A model generated the notes under the pieces. That model was not told the DNA's origin, did not search any database, and was given only the letters and a program-made list of their open reading frames with translations. From the IMG/VR virus record IMGVR_UViG_3300028835_001054: a stretch of 38,572 bases of DNA, one strand, 5' to 3'. A program made the position numbers and the translations under genes. Shown one piece after another: positions 1-7,498 of the stretch. Source of the DNA: a virus. How positions within the stretch are numbered: the stretch's first letter is position 1; each line of letters opens with the position of its first letter.

Positions 1-144
1 AAACGCTGAGGATATTGGGAATGAGATTGAGATTCAGACGGCTCGCTCCATTTCCATCGCGGTCCACAGCAAAAGCTTTCGGATAAAAGAAATCCTTTGT
101 CAGTTTATGGATCCGCTCCTCAACGCGATCTATTATCGCCTGCT
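1..144. repeat. Terminal direct repeat, left copy (identical to 38429..38572); circular-closure overlap
   Basis: AAACGCTGAGGATATTGGGAATGAGATTGAG...CGATCTATTATCGCCTGCT is read at both window ends, 144/144 identical. It lies inside an open reading frame. Confidence 0.92.
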
Positions 145-250
145 TCTCAGCATCCGTCGCTCCTGAAGCCCAGTTGTCCACGTCTGAATCGCTGATATAA
201 TAACCTGATGCCGCCGCGCCCGCTGCTCTTGTCCCTGTCCCCGTTCCCAT
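1..250 (-). CDS. Head-tail connector/adaptor protein, N-terminal part (gene wraps the junction and continues 38428..37815; joined 864 nt, 287 aa)
   Basis: ATG at 250..248 has GGAGGTG 8 nt upstream and a TGATG overlap with the stop of ORF 250..795. The frame MGTGTGTRAAGAAASGYYISDSDVDNWASGATDAEKQAIIDRVEERIHKLTKDFFYPKAFAVDRDGNG runs off position 1 and is the same frame as track ORF 37815..38495. It sits directly before a head-closure gene. Confidence 0.6.
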   Translation of the reverse strand, partial: MGTGTGTRAAGAAASGYYISDSDVDNWASGATDAEKQAIIDRVEERIHKLTKDFFYPKAFAVDRDGNGASRLNLNLIPNILSV

Positions 251-795
251 CAGCTAACCACCTCCGTGTCCGGATTGGTGAAATTCCAGCCCGTCTTCTG
301 CGCCCACACGTAGACTGTTGAGCCGTAATCAAGAAAAAACGTAACTACTCCATTTGCATCTGTAGTTCCTGATGCGATTACAACCGTCCCGCCTATATCA
401 CTCGTAACCCAGACGTCGGCATCAGCTATAGGATCATGTGGCGCTGCGGAATCCGTGAGAGTATACGTCCAGGTTGTCGCTCCAGCGCCTAGCGTATGAA
501 GATCATCAAGCAAGCGCGCATTCACCCTGAACTGGAGATTGACCTGCTTGATGGTTCCCGAAGTGAATGTCATTGACAAAACGCCGCGAGTGGCGCTATG
601 CCCTACGCCTACAGGCAAACTATACCACCCGTTCTCCATCTCGGTTATAGTGACAGTCATAGCACCGAAAGCCGCGCCATTCTTGCTGATGCGCTTGACA
701 AAATCGCCATCGACTAATCCTGTAACAGCGTCGCCATTGACATCGTGAGCGAAGAACGGGACGGTGATTGCTGTTGATTGTTTGAGTGGGTACAT
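250..795 (-). CDS. Hypothetical virion-module protein (181 aa), beta-rich C-terminus
   Basis: ATG 795 is adjacent to the stop of 796..1611, and its own stop overlaps the next start (TGATG). Tightly packed in the late operon; no family recognised by eye. Confidence 0.4.
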   Translation of the reverse strand: MYPLKQSTAITVPFFAHDVNGDAVTGLVDGDFVKRISKNGAAFGAMTVTITEMENGWYSLPVGVGHSATRGVLSMTFTSGTIKQVNLQFRVNARLLDDLHTLGAGATTWTYTLTDSAAPHDPIADADVWVTSDIGGTVVIASGTTDANGVVTFFLDYGSTVYVWAQKTGWNFTNPDTEVVS

Positions 796-1611
796 CTAGT
801 TCACCCTCCCGAAAACACGCCCATGTACGCGTCTCGATATTGATCGCTCCATTGCCATCAGATTAGCCAACTGTGCCAGCATCGCTATATCCATCGTCGC
901 AAACGCCGCAAATGGACGCTGCATCACGTCCCGAATCTCAGATTGTGTTAGACAGCGATTATAGATACGCACATCGTCTATGAAACCGTCGAAATAATGT
1001 CCATCAAAAGAGCCATATCTGCCCAATGTAACCGGATTGGCAGAATTATATACAGATGCTATAGTTGCTGTCGTACCAACAGGGAATCCGTCCACATATA
1101 TTTGCATAGTATCATTGCCATTCCAAGTAGCCCCTATATGGTAGAAATTTGTATCAGGCGACCAAGTATAGCTCGCAAGCTGGTAGCCAGTCCCCCCGCC
1201 GGTTGAATTTAGATAATACCTCAATCTACTGCTAGTAACCCATCCAAATAAAACCTGGTCTGTCGTGGCTCCATTGCCTTTTCCTAGTATTATACCTGTG
1301 CCGCCTGCGTCCTCTTTTCTAATCCACGCCAGGATTGTCTGCGCGTTTTCCATACTTATATCCGCAGTCTCCATGAAATCACTCGCCCCATCGAAGACTA
1401 GCGCGCGTCCAAACTTACCCGGATTCCAGCCAGAGGATGCCGTCGGTGGGAAGACAAAGTTATTCAGCGTCCCCATATTCCCATTCCCGCTCAGATCGTT
1501 GACCCTATCCCCACTGCCTTCCTGAAACAGCCACCAGCCTACTAAGCCGTCAAGCTGTGGGTGTCCTGGAATCAACGGAGTGCCCATAGGAGGTTTTTGT
1601 ATCCATGCCAT
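796..1611 (-). CDS. LamG/concanavalin-like jelly-roll domain protein (271 aa), encoded in the head-proximal module
   Basis: Motifs GSGDRVNDLSGNGNMGTL, GKFGRALVFDGASDF, YHIGATWNGNDTMQIYVDG and FDGFIDDVRIYNRCLTQSEI follow the usual LamG (Laminin_G_3-type) strand pattern. TAATG overlap with the upstream gene. Confidence 0.7.
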   Translation of the reverse strand: MAWIQKPPMGTPLIPGHPQLDGLVGWWLFQEGSGDRVNDLSGNGNMGTLNNFVFPPTASSGWNPGKFGRALVFDGASDFMETADISMENAQTILAWIRKEDAGGTGIILGKGNGATTDQVLFGWVTSSRLRYYLNSTGGGTGYQLASYTWSPDTNFYHIGATWNGNDTMQIYVDGFPVGTTATIASVYNSANPVTLGRYGSFDGHYFDGFIDDVRIYNRCLTQSEIRDVMQRPFAAFATMDIAMLAQLANLMAMERSISRRVHGRVFGRVN

Positions 1612-2222
1612 TATTCTATATCCGTTGCCCTGGTGATCATCAGCCTGTATACCAGCGTTGATCCGTTGTCGTCGTAGGTATTGTCAACGATAAGCCGAAC
1701 ACGGCGCACGTATACAGACAGATGGGCTATCAGTTCAGACATGGCTATGCTGTAGATATTCACGGTATTAGCGTGTTCATTAGCTGTGCCGTCCAGAATG
1801 TCAATATCTACATTCGCATCTACAGCACTTTGTCGCACGACCTCGCTGTTGGCAATCGTACCATCCTTAATCCCGCGCCACAGACCCTCCGTCTCGTAGC
1901 CAGTCGTAGACGACATCAGTATAGTGACTGAGCCGGCAGTCAGCGGATTATCATCTATTAACTCTTCATTCGCCGTTCCTATCAAAATGATTTTATCAGT
2001 GCCGGGTATTTCAGCCCAATCCTCATCACCGGACGTATTATGCGAAATCTCTACGATGATCTTTGTGCCGGTGTGCGCTGTCTCGGTATCCAGGAATGCC
2101 TGTAGTATAAGACCTGCTTGCAGGTCGCTTGATATGTCCAGTATGTCAGAATGAACGATGGTATTCTGCGCGACTGCCGTCCAATCAGTTATCACCTGTC
2201 CGCCTGCTGTAATATCCGCCAT
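1611..2222 (-). CDS. Hypothetical virion-module protein (203 aa)
   Basis: ATG 2222 immediately follows the stop of 2223..2516. The ORF is acidic and beta-rich, with no recognisable family. Confidence 0.4.
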   Translation of the reverse strand: MADITAGGQVITDWTAVAQNTIVHSDILDISSDLQAGLILQAFLDTETAHTGTKIIVEISHNTSGDEDWAEIPGTDKIILIGTANEELIDDNPLTAGSVTILMSSTTGYETEGLWRGIKDGTIANSEVVRQSAVDANVDIDILDGTANEHANTVNIYSIAMSELIAHLSVYVRRVRLIVDNTYDDNGSTLVYRLMITRATDIE

Positions 2223-2516
2223 TTATATCACCAACCCGTTCTCTATCATAGTCATACCCGTAGCCATCGAGGGATGCGTTTCGATAGCGACTGCCGATTC
2301 GTAGCTATCGATCTTTTCCTGGAAGAATTCGATAATATCGTCCACAGCATCAGCAACGTTGTCACCAGGACGATATTTCAGCGGATATGTTTCATCCAGC
2401 CCTGCCATATCCTGATCATCATCAGCGCACACCATTCTGAATGTTATATTGTACAGATTTTTCTGCGTCTCAGTGACATGAGATGCTAAAGTAATCACTG
2501 GTGTTTGTAATGCCAT
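2223..2516 (-). CDS. Hypothetical small acidic protein (97 aa)
   Basis: Start moved from the track start to ATG 2516 (MALQTPVITL...), which has GGAGG upstream and lies 4 nt after the stop of 2521..2682. Confidence 0.45.
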   Translation of the reverse strand: MALQTPVITLASHVTETQKNLYNITFRMVCADDDQDMAGLDETYPLKYRPGDNVADAVDDIIEFFQEKIDSYESAVAIETHPSMATGMTMIENGLVI

Positions 2517-2520
2517 TCCT

Positions 2521-2682
2521 CTATGCCTCCTCCAGAACAGCTTTGATCTCCTGTAGCTCAGTTCTGACCTCAATCAAGACATCTCTGATCTCCCGAAGCG
2601 CCTCTTTGAGTTCCACAAGAGCCTCGATGGTCAATTTCGTATCCTCAGAAAAAAGACCGTTGAAACCATCCTGCTCTGCCAT
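2521..2682 (-). CDS. Small coiled-coil protein (53 aa)
   Basis: ATG 2682 (MAEQDGFNGLF...) is preceded by AGAGGGTGA. The longer track ORF (to 2892) starts at TTG and only reads through the palindromic repeats. Heptad-like LVELKEALREIRDVLIEVRTELQEIKAVLEE. Confidence 0.5.
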   Translation of the reverse strand: MAEQDGFNGLFSEDTKLTIEALVELKEALREIRDVLIEVRTELQEIKAVLEEA

Positions 2683-2744
2683 ATCATCACCCTCTTTGTG
2701 GGAGGGATCCATCCCAGCACGTAAGCGGAATTCGGGAAATGCGC

Positions 2745-2809
2745 TTTTGCTTCTCTCAAGGCTTCGAAGAGAGCAAATTTTGCTTCTCTCAAAGCATCGA
2801 AGAGAGCAA
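2745..2809 (+). repeat. Two abutting copies of the 33-nt palindromic element (2745..2777, 2778..2809)
   Basis: TTTTGCTTCTCTCAAGGCTTCGAAGAGAGCAAA then TTTTGCTTCTCTCAAAGCATCGAAGAGAGCAA. Flanked by ..TGCGC on the left and TGCGCC on the right. Confidence 0.9.
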
Positions 2810-2940
2810 TGCGCCGGGACGGATCCCCCTGCTATATGAGAAAATTCGATTTCCAGCGTGACACTAAAGCCCTGATTCTGTTGGCTTTCCAATCCCAGAA
2901 TCCGGATCCTGTTCGCCTATATGAGACGCTTCTGGAGACG

Positions 2941-2963
2941 ACAAAAAATAAGAAATCCTTATT
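2941..2963 (-). terminator. Weak intrinsic-terminator-like hairpin
   Basis: The minus-strand RNA reads AAUAAG-GAUUU-CUUAUU followed by UUUUUG, 52 nt after the stop of 3015..3494. The stem is short and AU-rich. Confidence 0.3.
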
Positions 2964-3014
2964 CCATGCGCTTTCAGGTTGCAGGCAGCCGAAGCTCCTG
3001 GAGTCTCCTATATG

Positions 3015-3494
3015 CTACTCATCCTCAGGTTGCTTCTGGAAAATCGACTTCGCTGGATTATCCGCTGGCTCCAGCGTTTCATCTTCGGTATAGGGCTCCT
3101 TCATAAGCTGTTTGCCTTCAGAGACCAATTCAGGAAGCTTTTTCGACTGAACGCTCAGGTCCCCTTCTACGATCTTCTGATAGAGGCTCAGAGCATCGCG
3201 GGGCAGCTTCTCCTCATCATTCAGCTTCACCAGAAGCTTCTTCAGAAGGTTGGCCTGATCCATGCTCAGATCGAGAACCATGCTGAAATCCTCAGCAAAT
3301 TCGTTTTCCCAATCCATGCCCCCGCGATCATTCTGGCGCAGATTGAGACCTTCGGGATCCCGGGCGCGCTCCATCTCATCCGGATCGAAACGTACCGCTT
3401 TGAGCAAGTTATCCGCTGTATTCATATCAAGATAACTACCCTCTCTGGGAAGGAATCCAGGGATCATAAGCCGTTCCAACAATGTGAAAATCAT
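3015..3494 (-). CDS. Hypothetical acidic protein (159 aa)
   Basis: ATG 3494 is preceded by GGGAGG. No family recognised. Confidence 0.4.
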   Translation of the reverse strand: MIFTLLERLMIPGFLPREGSYLDMNTADNLLKAVRFDPDEMERARDPEGLNLRQNDRGGMDWENEFAEDFSMVLDLSMDQANLLKKLLVKLNDEEKLPRDALSLYQKIVEGDLSVQSKKLPELVSEGKQLMKEPYTEDETLEPADNPAKSIFQKQPEDE

Positions 3495-3527
3495 GATAAA
3501 CCTCCCGGTCGGATAGGAAGTTGTTAA

Positions 3528-3579
3528 GCAGGATAGCCACCTCCGACCGTAACTCCCGAAGGAGTGGCGGCCATCCTGC
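3528..3579 (-). other. Long GC-rich stem-loop capped by a UUCG-tetraloop hairpin
   Basis: GCAGGAUGGCCGCC pairs with GGUGGCUAUCCUGC (14 bp including 2 GU pairs), enclosing ACUCC-UUCG-GGAGU. It lies between the stop of 3587..4801 and the RBS of 3015..3494. Confidence 0.6.
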
Positions 3580-3586
3580 GAGAATT

Positions 3587-4801
3587 TTAGTAGTCGAACA
3601 GAGCTATATAACGGACAGTAGATGGACCAACCAGGACGGCGATTTTGTGCGTAGAGTTATCGCCCGTAACGCCCGCATCTACTACCAAAAAACCGCCAGT
3701 TGCTCCGACGTGAAGCAGATAGTCCGCTGCACCGTGTCCATTATTAGCGAAATCGAACACGTAATCCATCGTATTCGATGCTCCGCCGTGATTATACATC
3801 CTGATGAACGATGCTACTGTGGCATTGTCACCGTTATCAATGTTAAGGTCTATCCCTGATCGGTAGTTGACGGTTGCTCCTCCGCCAATGTCATCCGAAT
3901 AGAGATACAAGCCGCTCAGATGCCCGATTGTTCCTGTCCCCATTCCGCCTGTATATAGAGACACAGCGAATGCGTTTGACACATCCCCGGCTGTAATCCC
4001 CATGTCTACAGATAGAGGGTTAATCTCTGCTGTACCAGTTACATCCCCGCTAACGTGAGTCCAGTTGACGTAAATCCCACGCGCATAGCCAGTTGAATGA
4101 GCCATTGTCTCATCTATATCAAGCTCAATCTGGTTCACAGCACTAGCGCCTGTAGGAGCATTCGCTATCTTGATCGGGTAAGTTGCCTGACCCGATGCCA
4201 TGAATAAACCATACTCCCAGGGATAGCTCACGTTTGCGGTTTCGACTATGAAGGCATAACTATCCGTCAGAGTTCCGCTGTTATTCAGGGATGCCCGGAA
4301 ACCTTTGAGCGTCGTGATAGTTCCACCAGCGCCTATATCGACCTGCATTTCAACGCCGTGAGCGGTGGTGATCGTGCCTTTCTTAGCGTCGATATTCGCG
4401 ATCACGCCCCTGGCACCCGCGATTGTCCCTGTATCGGAATCGCTATTCAGTCCCGCTTTGATCTCCGCTCCGTCACATCCGCCGGCAATCGCTCCGGTTC
4501 CAGTAGCCCGGGCGCGGATCTGTAACCCCTGGATGTTCTGGCCAGCTTTCATGGCTGAGCCAAGATGCTGAATATACAAGAGACGCCCCGGGGAATCATC
4601 CTCAGTCGTCCGCTGAAGGAATGCCTTGTCCTCTGAATGGTCATACCAGAAGAAAGAGTTATCGCCCTCATCGCCGAAGACTTTGAGATCGCAGTCGATC
4701 CCGCCTCCATCGTCTATGTTAAAAGCGTCAATGAATGGCCGCCCTATCGTTCCAAATACTTCACGATTCAGCGCGCCTATGTCAACTTTCTGTACTGACA
4801 T
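3587..4801 (-). CDS. Hypothetical Gly/Thr-rich virion protein (404 aa), possible capsid-associated/decoration protein
   Basis: Large ORF in the head module two genes after the major capsid gene. Repetitive G-x-T/G-rich beta-type sequence. The functional call is positional only. Confidence 0.3.
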   Translation of the reverse strand: MSVQKVDIGALNREVFGTIGRPFIDAFNIDDGGGIDCDLKVFGDEGDNSFFWYDHSEDKAFLQRTTEDDSPGRLLYIQHLGSAMKAGQNIQGLQIRARATGTGAIAGGCDGAEIKAGLNSDSDTGTIAGARGVIANIDAKKGTITTAHGVEMQVDIGAGGTITTLKGFRASLNNSGTLTDSYAFIVETANVSYPWEYGLFMASGQATYPIKIANAPTGASAVNQIELDIDETMAHSTGYARGIYVNWTHVSGDVTGTAEINPLSVDMGITAGDVSNAFAVSLYTGGMGTGTIGHLSGLYLYSDDIGGGATVNYRSGIDLNIDNGDNATVASFIRMYNHGGASNTMDYVFDFANNGHGAADYLLHVGATGGFLVVDAGVTGDNSTHKIAVLVGPSTVRYIALFDY

Positions 4802-4835
4802 TTTTCTATACCTCCATGCCCCCTGCGATCATGTC

Positions 4836-5126
4836 TCACATCGCAGATGACTCTATTTCCTGTCGTAATTGTGCTTTGGTCTTATTGGCTGCACTTGGGA
4901 TCCCCAGACTCCGGGCTTTTTCCATAAGCTCCTTTTTCCTCATCTCCTGGAGAGGCGTTTCTTTCTCTTCCACACCTATATACTTGCTGTATTCCTCAGC
5001 TTTCTTAGCAAGCTCCTCATCATCAACGATCTGAGTCTTGTTGCGAGGGAACCAAACTGCCTCCCCTGTCTTTGGATGTGGAACAATAACTAGCCGCCCG
5101 TGATTAGTGATCTCAAATCTACCCAT
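4836..5126 (-). CDS. Small protein with C-terminal Rho_N/HeH(SAP)-like motif (96 aa)
   Basis: MRKKELMEKARSLGIPSAANKTKAQLRQEI matches the helix-extended-helix pattern of Rho N-terminal-like domains, which are often encoded next to phage capsid genes. Confidence 0.55.
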   Translation of the reverse strand: MGRFEITNHGRLVIVPHPKTGEAVWFPRNKTQIVDDEELAKKAEEYSKYIGVEEKETPLQEMRKKELMEKARSLGIPSAANKTKAQLRQEIESSAM

Positions 5127-5160
5127 TCCGACCTACCTTTCAATTCGATACGAGGGTTAC

Positions 5161-5193
5161 TTTTGCTCTCTTCGAAGCCTTGAGAGAAGCAAA
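5161..5193 (-). repeat. 33-nt palindromic element, single copy, 2 nt after the major capsid stop codon
   Basis: Plus strand TTTTGCTCTCTTCGAAGCCTTGAGAGAAGCAAA. The capsid TAG is at 5196..5198. Confidence 0.9.
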
Positions 5194-5195
5194 TC

Positions 5196-6368
5196 CTATA
5201 ACACCTCGAGCCGCTTACATAAGACAGCGGCGTGGACGTCACCGACGAATGTATCGATCCGCGTTGTGAAATGGTAATAATTCCCACGATCTTCAGGGGA
5301 TCTCGCCGCTTCCATGATGAATTCCAGGTGGATACCGACTCCGAAGTTGCCGTTTTTGGTCAGCACAGCATCAGTCAGATCGCCACCAGTCGTCGGAAAG
5401 CCTGACTGCAACGTTCCCTTGATTGCGGCCGTATCTACCCACGCCTCTTTCTGAGCGTCTACCGTGTCGATCTTCATAGTGACAGGCATCAAGGGACAAG
5501 GAACGATTGGTATGCCATTTGCAGTTGTCAGCGTTCTCCCCATTACTTGCATATCACCAAGCTCCGTCCCGCGCTCCTGCAACTGCTCACAGTAATCGAC
5601 GAGGATCTTGTCGTTTACGAAAAACCTGAGGTCAGCAAGGCCATCAGCGAGGTATTCGGAAGGCATTTCCTTATACATCCGCCCGAACTTGATCTCCTGG
5701 CCGAAGGGCTGTGTAGTTTTCGTTTCTACGATCCCCTTTGTCGTCGTGAGAGCGAAATCCGAAGCTCTGTCTGTGACGATATTCGAGGCGTCCAGGATGA
5801 TGGTCGAGCCTGTCGAATCGTTCTCGTGGAGTTCGCCGCTTTGAGAATGATCCAGCCTGTAGCGCCAGCCATCCACCTCTCCCCTGGAATTATCTACCTC
5901 ATAGCCATTCAGATCATGGGTATCCCCTAGCCAGCAGATTTGCTCCATCTCCCGGGCCATTCTCTTCTCTACCATACTGAACAGATGATTCTTGAACTCG
6001 GCAGCGGAGCCAATCGTGAGATCCTCGTAATCTCTGTCTTTGATCAGAAGACCTCCACGAAGCTCTTTGCTGGTCAGCAGGATCGTATCATGTGCGAACT
6101 GCGTCTTGATCTTCGTGGAATCGTACTTCGCTTCAGGAACGAGAAAATCACCACTTCCCCAGGCGATCCCCCTGATGTTCTTCGTCCTGTATTTCATATT
6201 GACTTTTCGAGCGTAGTATTTCATGTTCGAGAGATCCCACGAGCGCTCGATAAAGCCAGCAGCTTCCTCTGGATTAAGCGTTATTGTCGGCAGTGTGAGC
6301 ATTTTATTGATAGCAGCTTGAACGCTAAACTTTCCGCTACTATCCAGCAGATCTCTGTTGCTTAACAT
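5196..6368 (-). CDS. Major capsid protein (390 aa, HK97-fold type inferred)
   Basis: Follows the protease and scaffold genes. RBS GAGGTGA. The N-terminal pattern LNPEEAAGFIERSWDLSNM...VNM is typical of HK97-family capsid proteins, and the size fits. Confidence 0.7.
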   Translation of the reverse strand: MLSNRDLLDSSGKFSVQAAINKMLTLPTITLNPEEAAGFIERSWDLSNMKYYARKVNMKYRTKNIRGIAWGSGDFLVPEAKYDSTKIKTQFAHDTILLTSKELRGGLLIKDRDYEDLTIGSAAEFKNHLFSMVEKRMAREMEQICWLGDTHDLNGYEVDNSRGEVDGWRYRLDHSQSGELHENDSTGSTIILDASNIVTDRASDFALTTTKGIVETKTTQPFGQEIKFGRMYKEMPSEYLADGLADLRFFVNDKILVDYCEQLQERGTELGDMQVMGRTLTTANGIPIVPCPLMPVTMKIDTVDAQKEAWVDTAAIKGTLQSGFPTTGGDLTDAVLTKNGNFGVGIHLEFIMEAARSPEDRGNYYHFTTRIDTFVGDVHAAVLCKRLEVL

Positions 6369-6392
6369 TTTCGATCACCTCTATTTTTGCAA

Positions 6393-6418
6393 AAGACATG
6401 GACATAGTATCATGTCTT
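6393..6418 (-). terminator. Hairpin/attenuator-like element between scaffold and capsid genes
   Basis: AAGACAUG-10 nt-CAUGUCUU followed by UUGC on the minus-strand RNA (run CUUUUG). Confidence 0.35.
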
Positions 6419-6439
6419 AATTGTCATACCTGAGGTAAC

Positions 6440-7378
6440 TTAGAGCGGAACACTCTTATAGTGATCAACCACCTCGTCCGCTCCAGCGCCTCCTGTCTCT
6501 TCAGCCTGTCTTGCTACGCCCGCGCTCTTTTCCACCACCTGGAGGCGATCCTCGATACCTTTCAGAGCTTCGAGTATCTTCGCGACACCTGGATCGGGAT
6601 CTGGATCGGCATCTGTGCCTTCGGGTTTTTCACCGGGCTTTGGGTCTTCGCCTTTCTCCAGCTTCCCGATTCGCGCTGTGATGGCTTTCAACTTCTCCAG
6701 AATGGCCTCGGCGCCAGTCGGTTCCTTACCATCCTCTTTCTTCCCGCCGATGATCTCCGCTATAGCATCCAGAGCAGTTTTCAGAGCTGCCATTTCTTCA
6801 TCTGAATACTTATTTGCAGGCGGATCGGTTTCCTCTTCAGCAGCAGGCTCCGCATCCAGATCTTTCAGGAAATGCCCGACAGCTTTCGATAGATCCGCCG
6901 GCATCTGGCCCTCATACTGGCTCAGAATATTGAGCGAATCAATCGCCTCTTGATCCAGCTTCTTGAGCTGCGCTTCCGTTACGTCCTTCGCTGTGAGCGC
7001 TTTGATAAACGCGATCAGTTTTGCGTAATCCATTGTATTCCCCTCTGCTTTCGACAGATGATAGCTCGTCTCAAACCCATTCTCGGCGTCACTGGCTACG
7101 GTATAAGAGCAACTAACAGGATCGATATATAATTCCTCGTCATTGTCTGGCTTGAAATAGTTGAAATAGAAAGCTTTTAGGTCTTCGATTTCTTTACCAT
7201 TCACCGTGAGCTTTGTACCCTCTAAGGTTCCGTCTGACTGAAGCCTTACATCCACCTCGGCTTTTTCGAGATCGCTTTTGAGGAACAAAAACTTTCTCTT
7301 GTTTGCTGGAGCGTCAACGACACTGACCTCCTCAATATCTATCTGCAGCAGTTCCCCGCCTTCTTTCTTCAGCTTCAT
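6440..7378 (-). CDS. Scaffolding protein (312 aa)
   Basis: Very acidic, with an Ala/Glu/Lys-rich helical C-terminal half. Lies between the protease and capsid genes. N-terminus IDIEEVSVVDAPANKRKFLFLK resembles the N-terminal motif seen on phage prohead protease/scaffold proteins. Confidence 0.55.
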   Translation of the reverse strand: MKLKKEGGELLQIDIEEVSVVDAPANKRKFLFLKSDLEKAEVDVRLQSDGTLEGTKLTVNGKEIEDLKAFYFNYFKPDNDEELYIDPVSCSYTVASDAENGFETSYHLSKAEGNTMDYAKLIAFIKALTAKDVTEAQLKKLDQEAIDSLNILSQYEGQMPADLSKAVGHFLKDLDAEPAAEEETDPPANKYSDEEMAALKTALDAIAEIIGGKKEDGKEPTGAEAILEKLKAITARIGKLEKGEDPKPGEKPEGTDADPDPDPGVAKILEALKGIEDRLQVVEKSAGVARQAEETGGAGADEVVDHYKSVPL

Positions 7379-7498
7379 AATTACCTCCAGATCTTATATC
7401 GGCGGTCATATAAATCAGCATCGCCACGCAAACGCATCGAGTTCGGTATTCAGCTTCCAGAAAAATCTTCCTGGAACTGTGAGCTCAATCGTATATGA

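Noticed and set aside
1-144. The 144-nt terminal repeat as a physical DTR of the virion DNA
   Set aside because: It falls in the middle of a coding frame that is complete only when the ends are joined, which is more consistent with assembly of a circular or permuted genome.
2683-2892. N-terminal extension of ORF 2521..2892, and ORFs 147..332 and 5090..5287
   Set aside because: 2521..2892 starts at TTG without an RBS, and its extra residues are just translations of the palindromic repeats. 147..332 is out of frame inside the connector gene. 5090..5287 spans the capsid stop and the repeat.
2809-3093. Plus-strand 94-aa ORF in the untranslated island
   Set aside because: There is no convincing RBS, it overlaps the 3' end of 3015..3494 on the other strand, and it would be a lone plus-strand gene inside a minus-strand operon.
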